A DNA stretch of 45,616 bases from an uncultured Candidatus Saccharibacteria bacterium (lineage in GTDB: Bacteria > Patescibacteriota > WWE3 > 9FT-COMBO-53-11): NCBI GenBank assembly GCA_964512075.1, contig CAZEID010000013.1, positions 1-45,616 of the forward strand. The letters are read 5' to 3'. The translations under genes and the position numbers were made by a program. The notes under the pieces are model-generated. The model was not told the origin of the DNA. It saw only the letters and a list, made by a program, of their open reading frames with translations, and ran no database searches. This document shows positions 26,481 through 36,072 of the stretch, piece after piece (position 1 is the stretch's first letter; every line of letters starts with the position of its first letter).

Positions 26481-27824
26481 GTGTCGAGCAAGAAGTTCAT
26501 CGTGGAGGGGGGAATTCCCCTCAAGGGAGAAGTGCGGATCTCGGGGGCCAAAAATGCGGCGGTTAAGGAGATCATTGCTTCTCTGCTTACCTCGGATTCC
26601 CTTGTGGTGGATAATGTGCCTGCTATTTCGGATGTCGAGGTAGATTTGGAGGTTGCGAAGGCGCTGGGGGTGGAGGTGCGGCGGCTAGGTCGTAATGCAT
26701 TCTCCTTGCGTTCGCGGCCGAAGTTGGGAACGGAAGTTCCTGCCACTCTTTCGGTGAAGACCCGTTCGGCAATTTTGACCATGGGTCCGCTGTTGGCGCG
26801 GGAGGGGAGAGTTGCTTTGCCAACTCCCGGGGGTTGTCCGATTGGAGCCCGCCCGCTGGATCGCCATCTGGCCGGGTTAGAGGCTTTGGGGGCTAAGTTT
26901 GAGATTGGTCCGGATAAGATTGTCGGTCGGGCCAAGCAGCTTCGGGGGGGCCGCGTAGTCTTTACCAAGAATACCGTGATGGGAACGGAGAATGTTTTGT
27001 TGGCCGCGGCTGTTTCGGAAGGGGAGACGGAGATTTTGGGGGCAGCGCAGGAGCCCGAAGTGGATGATTTGATTTTTCTTCTCAATAAGATGGGGGCCCG
27101 AATCGCGCGAGACGCCGTTAATCCCCGGATAGTTCGGGTTCAGGGAGTGCCAAGTCTGCGAGGGGCTAAGCACACCGTCCTGCCGGACCGAAACGAGGCG
27201 GTTACTTTTGCGGTCGCTGCGGCCGTGACGCGGGGAGACATTCTTCTAACTGATTTGACTTTGGCGGATTTAACTTCCTTCCTAGCCAAGCTCCAACGCA
27301 TCGGAGTTTCCTATGAGGTCGAAAGGAAAGGCTTGCGCGTTTGGGTAGAAGAGGGAGTGGTTTTTCAGCCAGTTGAAGTAGAGACTTCTCCCCATCCTGG
27401 GTTCATGACGGATTGGCAACAGCCATTGACGGTGTTATTGACCCAGGCCAAAGGGGATTCGTTGATTCACGAGACAGTCTACGAGGATCGCTGGAAGTAT
27501 CTGGCGGAGTTGCGAAAGTTCGGGGCCCAGGTGACCTTATTAACTCCCGCCGAATTGGGGAAGACTTTTAATCCTGAGGATTACAACTTCGATTGGAAAG
27601 GGAGGACCGAACCCAAAACCTTTGCGAGGATCACCGGGCCGACGGAGTTGGTAGGCGCTACCGCGGAAATTACTGACCTTCGGGCAGGAGCCGCCTTGGT
27701 TTTAGCGGCTTTGGCGGCGCGGGGGCGGAGTGAAATCCGCGGAGCGGAGCATGTGGAGCGGGGCTACGAGGATTTTGCCCAGAAGCTCGCAAAACTAGGG
27801 GGTCAAATTCGAACGGTTGCTTAA
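26481..27824 (+). CDS. murA: UDP-N-acetylglucosamine 1-carboxyvinyltransferase
   Basis: ISGAKNAAV and PGGCPIGARPLD (catalytic Cys loop) are present, and similarity to MurA runs the full length. Confidence 0.92.
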   Translation: MSSKKFIVEGGIPLKGEVRISGAKNAAVKEIIASLLTSDSLVVDNVPAISDVEVDLEVAKALGVEVRRLGRNAFSLRSRPKLGTEVPATLSVKTRSAILTMGPLLAREGRVALPTPGGCPIGARPLDRHLAGLEALGAKFEIGPDKIVGRAKQLRGGRVVFTKNTVMGTENVLLAAAVSEGETEILGAAQEPEVDDLIFLLNKMGARIARDAVNPRIVRVQGVPSLRGAKHTVLPDRNEAVTFAVAAAVTRGDILLTDLTLADLTSFLAKLQRIGVSYEVERKGLRVWVEEGVVFQPVEVETSPHPGFMTDWQQPLTVLLTQAKGDSLIHETVYEDRWKYLAELRKFGAQVTLLTPAELGKTFNPEDYNFDWKGRTEPKTFARITGPTELVGATAEITDLRAGAALVLAALAARGRSEIRGAEHVERGYEDFAQKLAKLGGQIRTVA

Positions 27825-28408
27825 GGAAGCGGACCCCGGTTTTCAGGGGAAGCCGCGGGGCGGGACAGTTCCTCCCGCAATTTGCGTAGGGTTCGGTAGA
27901 GGATGGTGCCGACATTGGTTTCCGAAAGGCCCGTAATTTTGGCGATAGCGCGATTAGTTAAACCTTCGTAGAACTTGAGGTAAACGATTTCCTTTTCCCG
28001 CGGCGGGATCTTTGCGAGTGCTCCTTTCAGAAAGGCGTTTTCTTCACCTTCCTCTAGTTCCTCAAGTTGGGTGGGCAGATCCCCCTTAAAGAGGCGGTTC
28101 TCGTCGAGAGCCACTTTTTGCTTTCCTCTTTCGCTCCTAAGGTGGTCGAAGAATATGTTTCGGGCAATCCGGAAGAGCCACGCCGAGAAGGGGATTCCCT
28201 GCCACTGAAAGCTACCTAAGCCGCGGAGGGCCTTCTGAAAAGTTAAAGAGGAGAGGTCTTCCGCCAGGTCTTCGTCCGCGAGCCGCGCGAGGAAATAACC
28301 TTTCACTTTCGGGGCATAGATTTGATAGAGCTTACCAAAGGGATGATTCGGACCCCCCTTTATTTTTTGAGCAGCCCGGATCAGTTTTTCTTCCTCGTGG
28401 GTATCCAT
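27821..28408 (-). CDS. ECF-type RNA polymerase sigma factor (sigma-70 family, regions 2 and 4)
   Basis: Region 2 is FSAWLFRIARNIFFDHLR. Region 4 is REKEIVYLKFYEGLTNRAIAKITGLSETNVGTILYRTLRKLRE. The start is set at ATG 28408, which has GGAG 10 nt upstream; the track's TTG start at 28465 is less likely. Confidence 0.85.
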   Translation of the reverse strand: MDTHEEEKLIRAAQKIKGGPNHPFGKLYQIYAPKVKGYFLARLADEDLAEDLSSLTFQKALRGLGSFQWQGIPFSAWLFRIARNIFFDHLRSERGKQKVALDENRLFKGDLPTQLEELEEGEENAFLKGALAKIPPREKEIVYLKFYEGLTNRAIAKITGLSETNVGTILYRTLRKLREELSRPAASPENRGPLP

Positions 28409-28475
28409 CAATTTTTTGCTCCGGTCTCTCGAGTTCTCGCGGCGCGAGGAATGACCTACTTTCAACCCCTCTTTC

Positions 28476-29297
28476 CTACGGTGCCCACGACGTTCTGGTC
28501 AGGCGGGCAATCAGCGTCCAAAGTTCGCGATTCGACCCCGTGAGAACCGCCACCTCACCTTTTTTGATCTTTAAATCCTCAGGAATTTCCTGACCCGCGG
28601 TGAGAAAAATTTTCTTTCCAGGAAGGGCTTCGAGGACTTCCTCCAAGGCCTTAGGGTTAGGGGGATAGTAATGGTAGGTGGCGTCCACGATAATTCCCCC
28701 GTTTCGGGAGGGAAGGATATTAATGCGGGCTTTAGGGAGCTCCAGTTTTTTTAGGGCTTCCCGCGCATCCCGGCGCTTGACTTTTAGGGCTTCCGCGACC
28801 CGAACGGCGGTTTCCAGATAGCCGGAGAGATCGCGGGTCTCTCGGACTAGAAAGGTTTTAGGAGCGGTTTGGTGAGGGGAGAGGAAGGGGGCCTTTCCGC
28901 AACGTACCAGGATCGCTGGGCGGGTGATGTTCCAGAAGTAATCGAAAACCTCGCGACGAGTAGCCCCGATTTCAAGAATCAGCACGTTTTGGTGGGCGGG
29001 TAGAAGCAGGAGCTGGAGAGCGCTGCGAAGGAGGAAACTCAACCAGCGGGGGATTGAGAGAGGATAGTTTCGGGCTCCCAATATAGTAAGGGGAAGGACG
29101 AACTCGGCATTGGGGGCCTCAAGATTCCTTCGGGCGGGAAGCGCTTCTTTAATGGCGGTGTAGATCGCTTCCCGAACGATCTCGGTTTTGCCTTCGCCAA
29201 CAATCGCGACCACGGTGGGGTGGTGCTTTTTCAGGGCCGCGCGGGCTAGAACGAAGAGAACCGTCCGTAAGGTTCGCCGAAGGATTTTTTTAACCAT
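28476..29297 (-). CDS. Truncated, probably degenerate Mur-ligase-like protein (MurF-like central/C-terminal remnants)
   Basis: 273 aa. VVAIVGEGKTEIVREAIYTAI aligns by eye to the Mur ligase P-loop GxxGKT[ST] but is one residue short. LILEIGATRREVF matches the ELG motif region, and IIVDATYHYYPPNPKALEEVLEAL matches the DDSYNANP region. The N-terminal domain and most of the catalytic middle are absent. Confidence 0.55.
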   Translation of the reverse strand: MVKKILRRTLRTVLFVLARAALKKHHPTVVAIVGEGKTEIVREAIYTAIKEALPARRNLEAPNAEFVLPLTILGARNYPLSIPRWLSFLLRSALQLLLLPAHQNVLILEIGATRREVFDYFWNITRPAILVRCGKAPFLSPHQTAPKTFLVRETRDLSGYLETAVRVAEALKVKRRDAREALKKLELPKARINILPSRNGGIIVDATYHYYPPNPKALEEVLEALPGKKIFLTAGQEIPEDLKIKKGEVAVLTGSNRELWTLIARLTRTSWAP

Positions 29298-29307
29298 CCT
29301 GAAAGTA

Positions 29308-29313
29308 ATTATA
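29308..29313 (-). promoter_or_regulatory. TATAAT -10 box 10 nt upstream of ATG 29297 (minus strand)
   Basis: The minus strand reads cagtataat + tactttcagg + ATG. Confidence 0.4.
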
Positions 29314-29377
29314 CTGTTGTCCGATAACTGCCTTCGCTAAGAGATTAAGCTAAAACATTGTTTACCTCCTAGAGGAT

Positions 29378-29386
29378 TGTTAGTAT
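29378..29386 (+). promoter_or_regulatory. Extended -10 (TGtTAGTAT) immediately upstream of mraY, divergent from the minus-strand promoter
   Basis: tgttagtat ends 1 nt before ATG 29388 and 10 nt before the in-frame ATG 29397. Confidence 0.4.
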
Positions 29387-29387
29387 T

Positions 29388-30476
29388 ATGGTGGCAATGG
29401 TTAAGGCTTTAGGGCTTCTGCTTCTTTCGACATTTTTGACGGCGACGTTGTACCCAATCTTCATCAACTTTCTCTACCGTTTCCAACTTCAGGAAGCGAT
29501 TAATCCCGATGTTCCCCGAAGTCACTTCGCCAAGCAAGGCACGCCGACCGGAGCGGGATTGCTACCGATCTTGGTCTTTGTCGTTTTGAATCTGATCTTC
29601 AACTTGACCGAAAAAACCGCGATTTTAATTGGGATCGTGGTGGCGATGTTGCTTCTCGGCGGTGCCGAGGACTTGTTTAAAATCTATCGCCGCTCTCGAC
29701 TTCAGAAAACAATTCGGGCCGGAATTGTCCCGATTGTAACTCTTTCCGACGTAACTTGGGATCTTTACAAGTTGGCTCTTCTGCCTTGGAAGGCCTTTAA
29801 GGAGATATTTCGCGCTTTGGGTTCCCAGAACGTTGGGGGAGTCGCTCCTTACCAAAAGGTATTGCTGCAGACGGCGGTGGGGACTCTCCTGGCTCTCTGG
29901 CTTTCGTTGGTGGGGAAGACTTCGGTTTGGCTACCTTTCTTGGGAGTTTTTGACTTGGGACCTTTCTACATTCCGTTAGTGGTTTTTGTTTTTCTGTTTT
30001 TTGTGAACAGCATTAGCGTAACCGATGGACTAGACGGTTTAGTAGGTGGTCTACTGGGGATTGGTTTTGCCGCTTTTTTGGCATTGGCTTTGCTCTTCTC
30101 TCGGCTCGACTTGGCAGTTGCCGCGGCCACGTTGATTGGAGGAATTATTCCTTTTCTCTACTTTAATATCTTTCCCGCTCGAGTCTTTGCGGGGAATGTA
30201 GGAGCGCTGGGCTGGGCGGCGGCTTTTGTAACGCTGGCCTTGCTATTGGATCGCTCCTTTCTTTTGTTTGTGATCGGGGGGGTGTTTGTAGCGGAAGGTC
30301 TTTCGGTGGTGATTCAGGTTTCTTCCGTAAAGTTGGGGAGGGGAAGGGTCTTCCGAATGGCTCCCCTCCACCACCACTTTGAGATGAAAGGTTGGGCGGA
30401 GACCAAGGTGACGATGCGTTTTTGGCTAGCGGGAGTCTTTTTAGCCTTTCTGGGACTTTTCCTAGCTTCCTTTTAG
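29388..30476 (+). CDS. mraY: Phospho-N-acetylmuramoyl-pentapeptide transferase
   Basis: NSISVTDGLDGL and APLHHHFE are present in a polytopic protein. The real start may be ATG 29397, given the -10 position. Confidence 0.92.
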   Translation: MVAMVKALGLLLLSTFLTATLYPIFINFLYRFQLQEAINPDVPRSHFAKQGTPTGAGLLPILVFVVLNLIFNLTEKTAILIGIVVAMLLLGGAEDLFKIYRRSRLQKTIRAGIVPIVTLSDVTWDLYKLALLPWKAFKEIFRALGSQNVGGVAPYQKVLLQTAVGTLLALWLSLVGKTSVWLPFLGVFDLGPFYIPLVVFVFLFFVNSISVTDGLDGLVGGLLGIGFAAFLALALLFSRLDLAVAAATLIGGIIPFLYFNIFPARVFAGNVGALGWAAAFVTLALLLDRSFLLFVIGGVFVAEGLSVVIQVSSVKLGRGRVFRMAPLHHHFEMKGWAETKVTMRFWLAGVFLAFLGLFLASF

Positions 30477-30489
30477 GTAAGGGACGAGA

Positions 30490-31638
30490 ATGTTCAGAAA
30501 GAGAGTGTCCTTCTCCTCGCACGCCCCCGACCTGCCCCTCCTGGGGGTGGTCCTTGGTCTATTAGTTTTTGGTTTGTTGTTGGTTTACGACTCTTCGGCC
30601 CCCACGGCGGGGGAGAGTCCTTTCCACTACTTAGTTTTGCAGTGCGTCTGGGTTTTGGTTGGGTTGGGGGTTTTCTTCTTTTTTTATCAGCTGGATTACC
30701 ATTGGTGGAAAAGGCTTTCCTTTCCCCTTTTCTTGTTGGCAATTGGCTTATTGGGTTTAGTCCTTCTCCCGACGCCCTTGAGTAGTGAGATCCGCGGTTC
30801 TAGTCGTTGGCTGACGATTCCGGTTTCCCTCCCATTACTTGGGGAAAGTTTGAGCTTCCAGCCGTCGGAGTTGGCCAAGTTGGCCTTGATCTTATACCTG
30901 GCGGCTCTTCTCTCGGGTAAGAAAGCGGCTCGATTTCTGCCGTTTCTGGTCGTGACCGGAATCCCAGCCACCCTAATTTTTCTGGAGCCGGATTTTGGAA
31001 CGACCATCATGACTTTTTCTCTAGGAGCGCTGGTCTTTTTCTTCGCGGGCGGGTCATTGGCACTGATTCTACCGCTGGGATTAGCGGTGGTCGGCGGAGT
31101 TTTAGCCCTGGCTTGGTTAGATCCCGTCCGCGTGCGGCGGTTAACCGCTTTCTTGAATCCCGAGGCAGACCCCTTTGGTTCCGGCTATCAAATCCTCCAG
31201 CTTTTAATTGCCTTGGGCTCGGGGGGGATGCTCGGATTAGGAGTGGGGCAATCTCGCCAAAAGTACGATTTCATTCCTGCTATCCAGACCGATGCCATTT
31301 TCGCCATAATTGGCGAAGAGTTTGGTTTTGTGGGAGCGGTCTTAGTAGTGGGACTTTTTGCTTTTCTGATTTACCGCGGGTTTCGGATCGCGCAAGCGGC
31401 CCCCGACGACTTCGGCCGGATCGTTGCAGCTGGGATTACTTCTTGGGTGGCGCTGCAAACCCTGATGAACTTGGGGGCGGTCACCGGGCTAATGCCGCTC
31501 AAAGGAATTTCCCTCCCGTTAATTTCCTACGGTGGTTCCGGTCTCGTGGTTTCGCTGGCCGCTTTGGGGATATTATTAAATATTAGTCGGCATACTGTGG
31601 AAAAGCGGAGCTTAAGATTGAAGAGGAGGCGCTCATGA
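30490..31638 (+). CDS. ftsW: SEDS-family peptidoglycan glycosyltransferase FtsW
   Basis: About 10 TM helices with QPSELAKLALILYLA and ISLPLISYGGSG. Confidence 0.88.
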   Translation: MFRKRVSFSSHAPDLPLLGVVLGLLVFGLLLVYDSSAPTAGESPFHYLVLQCVWVLVGLGVFFFFYQLDYHWWKRLSFPLFLLAIGLLGLVLLPTPLSSEIRGSSRWLTIPVSLPLLGESLSFQPSELAKLALILYLAALLSGKKAARFLPFLVVTGIPATLIFLEPDFGTTIMTFSLGALVFFFAGGSLALILPLGLAVVGGVLALAWLDPVRVRRLTAFLNPEADPFGSGYQILQLLIALGSGGMLGLGVGQSRQKYDFIPAIQTDAIFAIIGEEFGFVGAVLVVGLFAFLIYRGFRIAQAAPDDFGRIVAAGITSWVALQTLMNLGAVTGLMPLKGISLPLISYGGSGLVVSLAALGILLNISRHTVEKRSLRLKRRRS

Positions 31639-32750
31639 CCAAACCGGCCCCAACTAGAATCGTAGTAACGGGGGGTCATCTTGACCCCGCCTTAGCGGTG
31701 ATGGAGGAATTGGGGAGACGCGGGCGCTTTCAGTTTCATTGGATTGGCCACCGCTTTTCGATGCGAGGGGAGAAGGCGGAATCTGTGGAGTTTCGGACAA
31801 TCTCCAAGTTGGGAATCCCTTTTTACGAGCTGCAAACGGGTAAGTTCTACAAGGCGGGATGGCGGGAATGGTTAAGGATTCCCGGAGGCCTTCTGCAGGC
31901 TCTTCTAATTCTCCTTCGGGTTCGTCCGCGGTTGGTGGTTTCCTTCGGAGGCTACTTGGCCGCGCCAGTGGTCTTAGCGGCTTTTCTTTTGGGGATTCCT
32001 AGCGTAACCCACGAACAGACCGCGATTTTTGGCTGGGCCAACCGGTTTATTTCATTGTTCGCCCGCAAGGTCTTTCTCTCCTGGGAAAGCTCGCGGGCCT
32101 ATTTCCCGAAGAGAAAATCCGTGCTGACGGGTAATCCCATTCGGCAAGAAATTTTTGAAAGAAGAACCAACCGGTTCCGCTTTCGGGAGCCTCTGCCAGT
32201 GATCTACATTACAGGAGGAAAACAGGGATCCCACCTAATTAATGAGGTGGTGCGTTCCTCGCTCTCCAAGTTTTTGGAGAAGTACAACCTCATTCACCAA
32301 ACGGGATCATCCGCGACTTTTCAGGACTATGCTAAGCTGACTCTCTTGAGAAGCCAGTTACCTAAAAGGTTGCGAGAGCACTACATCGTTCAAGAGTATT
32401 TTGGGTTGGAGGAGATTGGGGCCGTTTATGCGGCGGCGACTTTAGTTGTCGGTCGGGCGGGGGCGAATACCATTACAGAATTGGCGGCGCTGGGGAAACC
32501 GGCGGTGTTGATTCCGATTTCTTGGGCTTCTCGTCGGGAGCAGTTTCGAAATGCCCAGATCCTATCCGAGAAGGGGGCCGCGGTGGTATTGTCGGAAGAG
32601 GGACTTTCCGCCCGAGTTTTGTTGGCGGCGATTGAAGCGGTCCTTAAGGATTGGAACCGTTATAAAAAGGCCGCGGCGAGTTTACGTTCCTTAGTTAATC
32701 GACGGGCGGCGGCGAAGATCGCTACGGAAGTCCTCTCCCTGATAAGTTAA
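31635..32750 (+). CDS. murG: Lipid II synthase MurG (UDP-GlcNAc:lipid I GlcNAc transferase)
   Basis: VVTGGHLDPALAV and GRAGANTITELAALGKPAVLIP are present. The start forms an ATGA overlap with ftsW. Confidence 0.9.
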   Translation: MTKPAPTRIVVTGGHLDPALAVMEELGRRGRFQFHWIGHRFSMRGEKAESVEFRTISKLGIPFYELQTGKFYKAGWREWLRIPGGLLQALLILLRVRPRLVVSFGGYLAAPVVLAAFLLGIPSVTHEQTAIFGWANRFISLFARKVFLSWESSRAYFPKRKSVLTGNPIRQEIFERRTNRFRFREPLPVIYITGGKQGSHLINEVVRSSLSKFLEKYNLIHQTGSSATFQDYAKLTLLRSQLPKRLREHYIVQEYFGLEEIGAVYAAATLVVGRAGANTITELAALGKPAVLIPISWASRREQFRNAQILSEKGAAVVLSEEGLSARVLLAAIEAVLKDWNRYKKAAASLRSLVNRRAAAKIATEVLSLIS

Positions 32751-32760
32751 ACTAAACTTA

Positions 32761-33546
32761 ATGGCTATTTTTCCAGAAAGAAGCCGCTGGCGAATTCTCC
32801 GGCGCTCTCCTAAAGTTTTTGTCCCGGTGGGTGACCGCCAGATTGTGATCCCGTTTCGTCCGCTTTCTACTCTTCTGATTTTCGTCTTGTCAATTCTCTC
32901 GGTCTTTCTCCTTCTAAGGACGGACCTTTTTCAAGTCAAAGCGCTGGAGTTCGAGTTTGAGGACTCTTACGAGGAGCTGCTGATTCGACAGCGGATTATG
33001 GAAGAGGTTTTGGCGAGGAGTATTTTCTTTCTTAACCCTTCCGCAGTGGAAGCGGAAATTCAGCACGATTTTCCTGTGGTGAGGTCTGTCTCAATGGAAA
33101 AAAAGCTTCCGGATAAACTTTTGATTCGAGTTTCGGTGCGAGAACCCCTGGCAATTGTAGAAGATAAAACCGGGACGCGGTTTCTAGTGGATCGGGAAGG
33201 CCTGCTTTTCCGGGCCGCCGCGCAAGAAGATCTTCCAGTGATTAAGTTGGGGGAGGACTTTGAGGGGAGCGTCGGCGGTCGACTTTCCGTGGCCGAGCAG
33301 GGGATCTCTGGTTACCTCAAGACCTTGGAGGTCGTTGCGAGCAAGGGATTAGAGGCTAAGGCGATCTATCTGCGCTCTAAGACGATTGAGCTCCAGCTCT
33401 CAAAAACCTTGATCTGGTTAAATGCGGAGGGGGATGTTGAAGAGCAACTGGAGCTGCTGGCCCAGATCCTTCAGCGGTTCAGCTTGAGCGGAAAGACGCC
33501 CAAGGCGGTTGATTTGCGCTTCTCGCGGCCCGTCGTTCGTCTGTAA
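32761..33546 (+). CDS. ftsQ: Cell division protein FtsQ/DivIB (TM helix plus POTRA)
   Basis: One TM helix is followed by a POTRA-like segment (VRSVSMEKKLPDKLLIRVSVREPLAIV). It sits between murG and ftsA. Confidence 0.7.
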   Translation: MAIFPERSRWRILRRSPKVFVPVGDRQIVIPFRPLSTLLIFVLSILSVFLLLRTDLFQVKALEFEFEDSYEELLIRQRIMEEVLARSIFFLNPSAVEAEIQHDFPVVRSVSMEKKLPDKLLIRVSVREPLAIVEDKTGTRFLVDREGLLFRAAAQEDLPVIKLGEDFEGSVGGRLSVAEQGISGYLKTLEVVASKGLEAKAIYLRSKTIELQLSKTLIWLNAEGDVEEQLELLAQILQRFSLSGKTPKAVDLRFSRPVVRL

Positions 33547-33574
33547 TTTTTGTGATATTATCGCATTGACAACC

Positions 33575-34816
33575 ATGACAAAGGAAAATATTGTCACGGG
33601 TATCGACGTCGGTTCCCATAAGATTTCTACCGTCATTGCTTCCGTTTCGTCTGAGAACAAAATTTCAGTAATTGGGGTTTCGACGGTTCCTTCTCGCGGT
33701 ATCAAGAAAGGCGTGGTGGTCGATATTGACGAGGCCGTAGCGGCCATCGCTGAAAGTTTGGAGGGAGCCGAACGGATGGCGGGATATTCAGTCCGGTCGG
33801 CCTTTGTGGCAGTGGATGGTAAGCATATTTCTTCGCTGAATTCGCACGGGGTGGTAGCGGTGGGTGGGGAGGGATCCGAAATTACGGAAGAGGATGTGGA
33901 GCGAGTCACCGAAGCGGCTCGAGCAGTTTCTTTACCCTCTTCGCGGGAGATTATTCACGTTTTGCCCCGAGGGTTTACGGTTGATTCGCAGGAGGGGATA
34001 AAAGATCCTCTTGGGATGAGCGGCGTGCGAATGGAAGTAGAGACCAACATCATCTCGGGGGCAACCACGGTAATGCGAAATTTGGTGAAATGTGTTCAGC
34101 AGGTGGGCGTAGATGTAGAGGACTTGGTTTTTTGCGGACTGGCCTCGGCGGAGGCAGTTCTTTCTGACACAGAAAAGGAGCTCGGTTGCGCTTTAGTGGA
34201 CATCGGGGGTGAGACTACCCAAATTTTGGTTTTTACCAATGGGAGTCCGGCTTACGCTTCAGTTCTGCCGATTGGGGGGCAAAACATCACTAACGACCTG
34301 GCAGTGGGCTTGCGAGTTTCGCTGGAAAACGCCGAGAAAATTAAAACTAAATTTTCCGAAGGGACTATTAAGATTGGAGAAGGGAGCAAGGACGAGGTGG
34401 ATATCTCTGAGCTGGGTTTGGAGACCCAATCGGTTTCGGCTTCTTTGGTCAATAATATTATTGAGGCGCGGCTCTCCGAGATTTTCAGTATGGTGGGGCT
34501 GGAGATTAAGAATTCTGGTCAGCAGGGCAATTTGCCGGCCGGTCTCGTGGTGACGGGAGGAGCCGTGCAAACTGCCGGACTGAAGGATCTGGTTCGAAAG
34601 GTTTTGCGCCTGCCGCTACGGGTGGGGATTCCGACCGGAGTCTCGGGGTTGATTGATGAGGTTTCCACGCCGGCGCATGCCACGACGATTGGTTTGGTAA
34701 TTTACGGAGCGGAGGGAGGCGCGCCGGAGTCGGCGGGGTTGTCTGGGATTGATACCCGAAAGATTTCACAGTTTTTTGGGCGGGTGATAGAATGGGGAAA
34801 AAGTTTCCTGCCGTAG
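33575..34816 (+). CDS. ftsA: Cell division protein FtsA
   Basis: GIDVGSHKISTVIA, ALVDIGGETT and VVTGGAVQTAGL are present. The start is at internal Met 23 of the track ORF. Confidence 0.9.
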   Translation: MTKENIVTGIDVGSHKISTVIASVSSENKISVIGVSTVPSRGIKKGVVVDIDEAVAAIAESLEGAERMAGYSVRSAFVAVDGKHISSLNSHGVVAVGGEGSEITEEDVERVTEAARAVSLPSSREIIHVLPRGFTVDSQEGIKDPLGMSGVRMEVETNIISGATTVMRNLVKCVQQVGVDVEDLVFCGLASAEAVLSDTEKELGCALVDIGGETTQILVFTNGSPAYASVLPIGGQNITNDLAVGLRVSLENAEKIKTKFSEGTIKIGEGSKDEVDISELGLETQSVSASLVNNIIEARLSEIFSMVGLEIKNSGQQGNLPAGLVVTGGAVQTAGLKDLVRKVLRLPLRVGIPTGVSGLIDEVSTPAHATTIGLVIYGAEGGAPESAGLSGIDTRKISQFFGRVIEWGKSFLP

Positions 34817-34890
34817 GCAGGAAGCAAATGGCGAAGGGCCTCGGGCTTGCGCCGTAGGTTTCAGGTAGTAAGCAACACACTAGCGAAGCG

Positions 34891-35949
34891 ATGAGAGTTA
34901 AACCAGAAATTGAAAAAGCTGCCGACATTAAAGTAGTTGGTCTGGGAGGGGCCGGAGGTAATGCTCTTAACTCTATGGTCCGTTCCCAGCGGATTACCGG
35001 AGTGGAGTTCCTTGCAGTCAATACCGACTCCCAAGCTCTGGCCACATTAGAGGTTCCTAACAAAGTTCAGATTGGGGAAAAAATTACTCGCGGACTCGGG
35101 TCGGGTGGCGACCCGGAAATTGGTCAAAAGGCCGCGGAGGAGTCCGTCGATATCCTCCGGAGCCGTTTAGAGGGGGCGGATATGGTTTTTGTGACCTGCG
35201 GGATGGGTGGCGGGACGGGGACGGGCGGTGCTCCCATTGTGGCGGAGGTGGCGAAGTCGTTGGGGGCTCTGACGGTTGGGGTAGTGACGAAGCCCTTCGC
35301 TTTTGAAGGAGCTCGGCGGATGGAGAATGCCGTGCGGGGGATCCAAGCTCTTCACGATAAAGTGGATGCGCTAATTGTAGTACCAAACCAGAAGCTGTTA
35401 GAGATTGTGGAGCGGGATACTTCAGTCTTGGAAGCCTTTCAGCTAGCCGACTCGATTTTGGGGAGGGCCGTTCAGGGCATTTCGGATCTCATTGTGATCC
35501 CGGGGCTGGTGAATGTGGATTTTGCTGATGTTCGGGCGGTGATGACGAATGCGGGTTCCGCCCTGATGGGAATTGGGGAGGCCGGAGGGGAGGAAAAGGC
35601 CACCACCGCCGCCAAGGCCGCCATCACCTCACCGTTACTGGAGTTTTCTGTTCGGGGAGCAACCGGGATTTTGATTAACATCATCGGGGGACCGGATCTG
35701 TCAATGCATGAGGTGGACGAAGCCGCGCGAGTCATCTCTCAAGAAGCCGATTCTAACGCCAATATCATCTTTGGCGCCTCCATTAGTGATGAAATGAAGG
35801 ATGAGTTGCGAATTACCGTAATTGCGACCGGATTTTCTTTAGGGGCGCCCGAAACCTTGACGGGGGATAAAAGCAAAGAAGAGCTCGAGAATCCGCAAGA
35901 AGCCGAAGACGAGTTCGAAGCTCCCGCCTTCCTTCGCCGGAAAAAGTAA
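34891..35949 (+). CDS. ftsZ: Cell division GTPase FtsZ
   Basis: GLGGAGGNA and the tubulin signature [12 protein letters not shown] are present. The C-terminal peptide is [11 protein letters not shown]. Confidence 0.95.
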   Translation: MRVKPEIEKAADIKVVGLGGAGGNALNSMVRSQRITGVEFLAVNTDSQALATLEVPNKVQIGEKITRGLGSGGDPEIGQKAAEESVDILRSRLEGADMVFVTCGMGGGTGTGGAPIVAEVAKSLGALTVGVVTKPFAFEGARRMENAVRGIQALHDKVDALIVVPNQKLLEIVERDTSVLEAFQLADSILGRAVQGISDLIVIPGLVNVDFADVRAVMTNAGSALMGIGEAGGEEKATTAAKAAITSPLLEFSVRGATGILINIIGGPDLSMHEVDEAARVISQEADSNANIIFGASISDEMKDELRITVIATGFSLGAPETLTGDKSKEELENPQEAEDEFEAPAFLRRKK

Positions 35950-36072
35950 CAGTTTTCCTCATCTGATTTCTACGGGATTACCTCTCTTTGGTTTGACTAT
36001 TGTTTTTCCATTTTGGTTTTTGTTAAACACGGTAATTAGAGTTCGTCATCACTGCCCATTTTTTTATTTCCA

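Noticed and set aside
26465-27085. 206-aa ORF antisense to murA, and similar long antisense ORFs at 14873-15358, 21515-22039, 33418-33909, 34506-35063, 37354-37830, 38058-38474 and 40091-40603
   Set aside because: All are embedded opposite strongly conserved genes and are rich in Ser/Pro/Arg/Ala. They have no recognisable motifs and are typical shadow ORFs.
35950-36072. Cobalamin riboswitch or NrdR boxes upstream of nrdJ
   Set aside because: The 123-nt gap is too short for a cobalamin riboswitch and I saw no B12-box-like core. Only one weak NrdR-box-like 16-mer (acacggtaattagagt) is present, without the expected second box.
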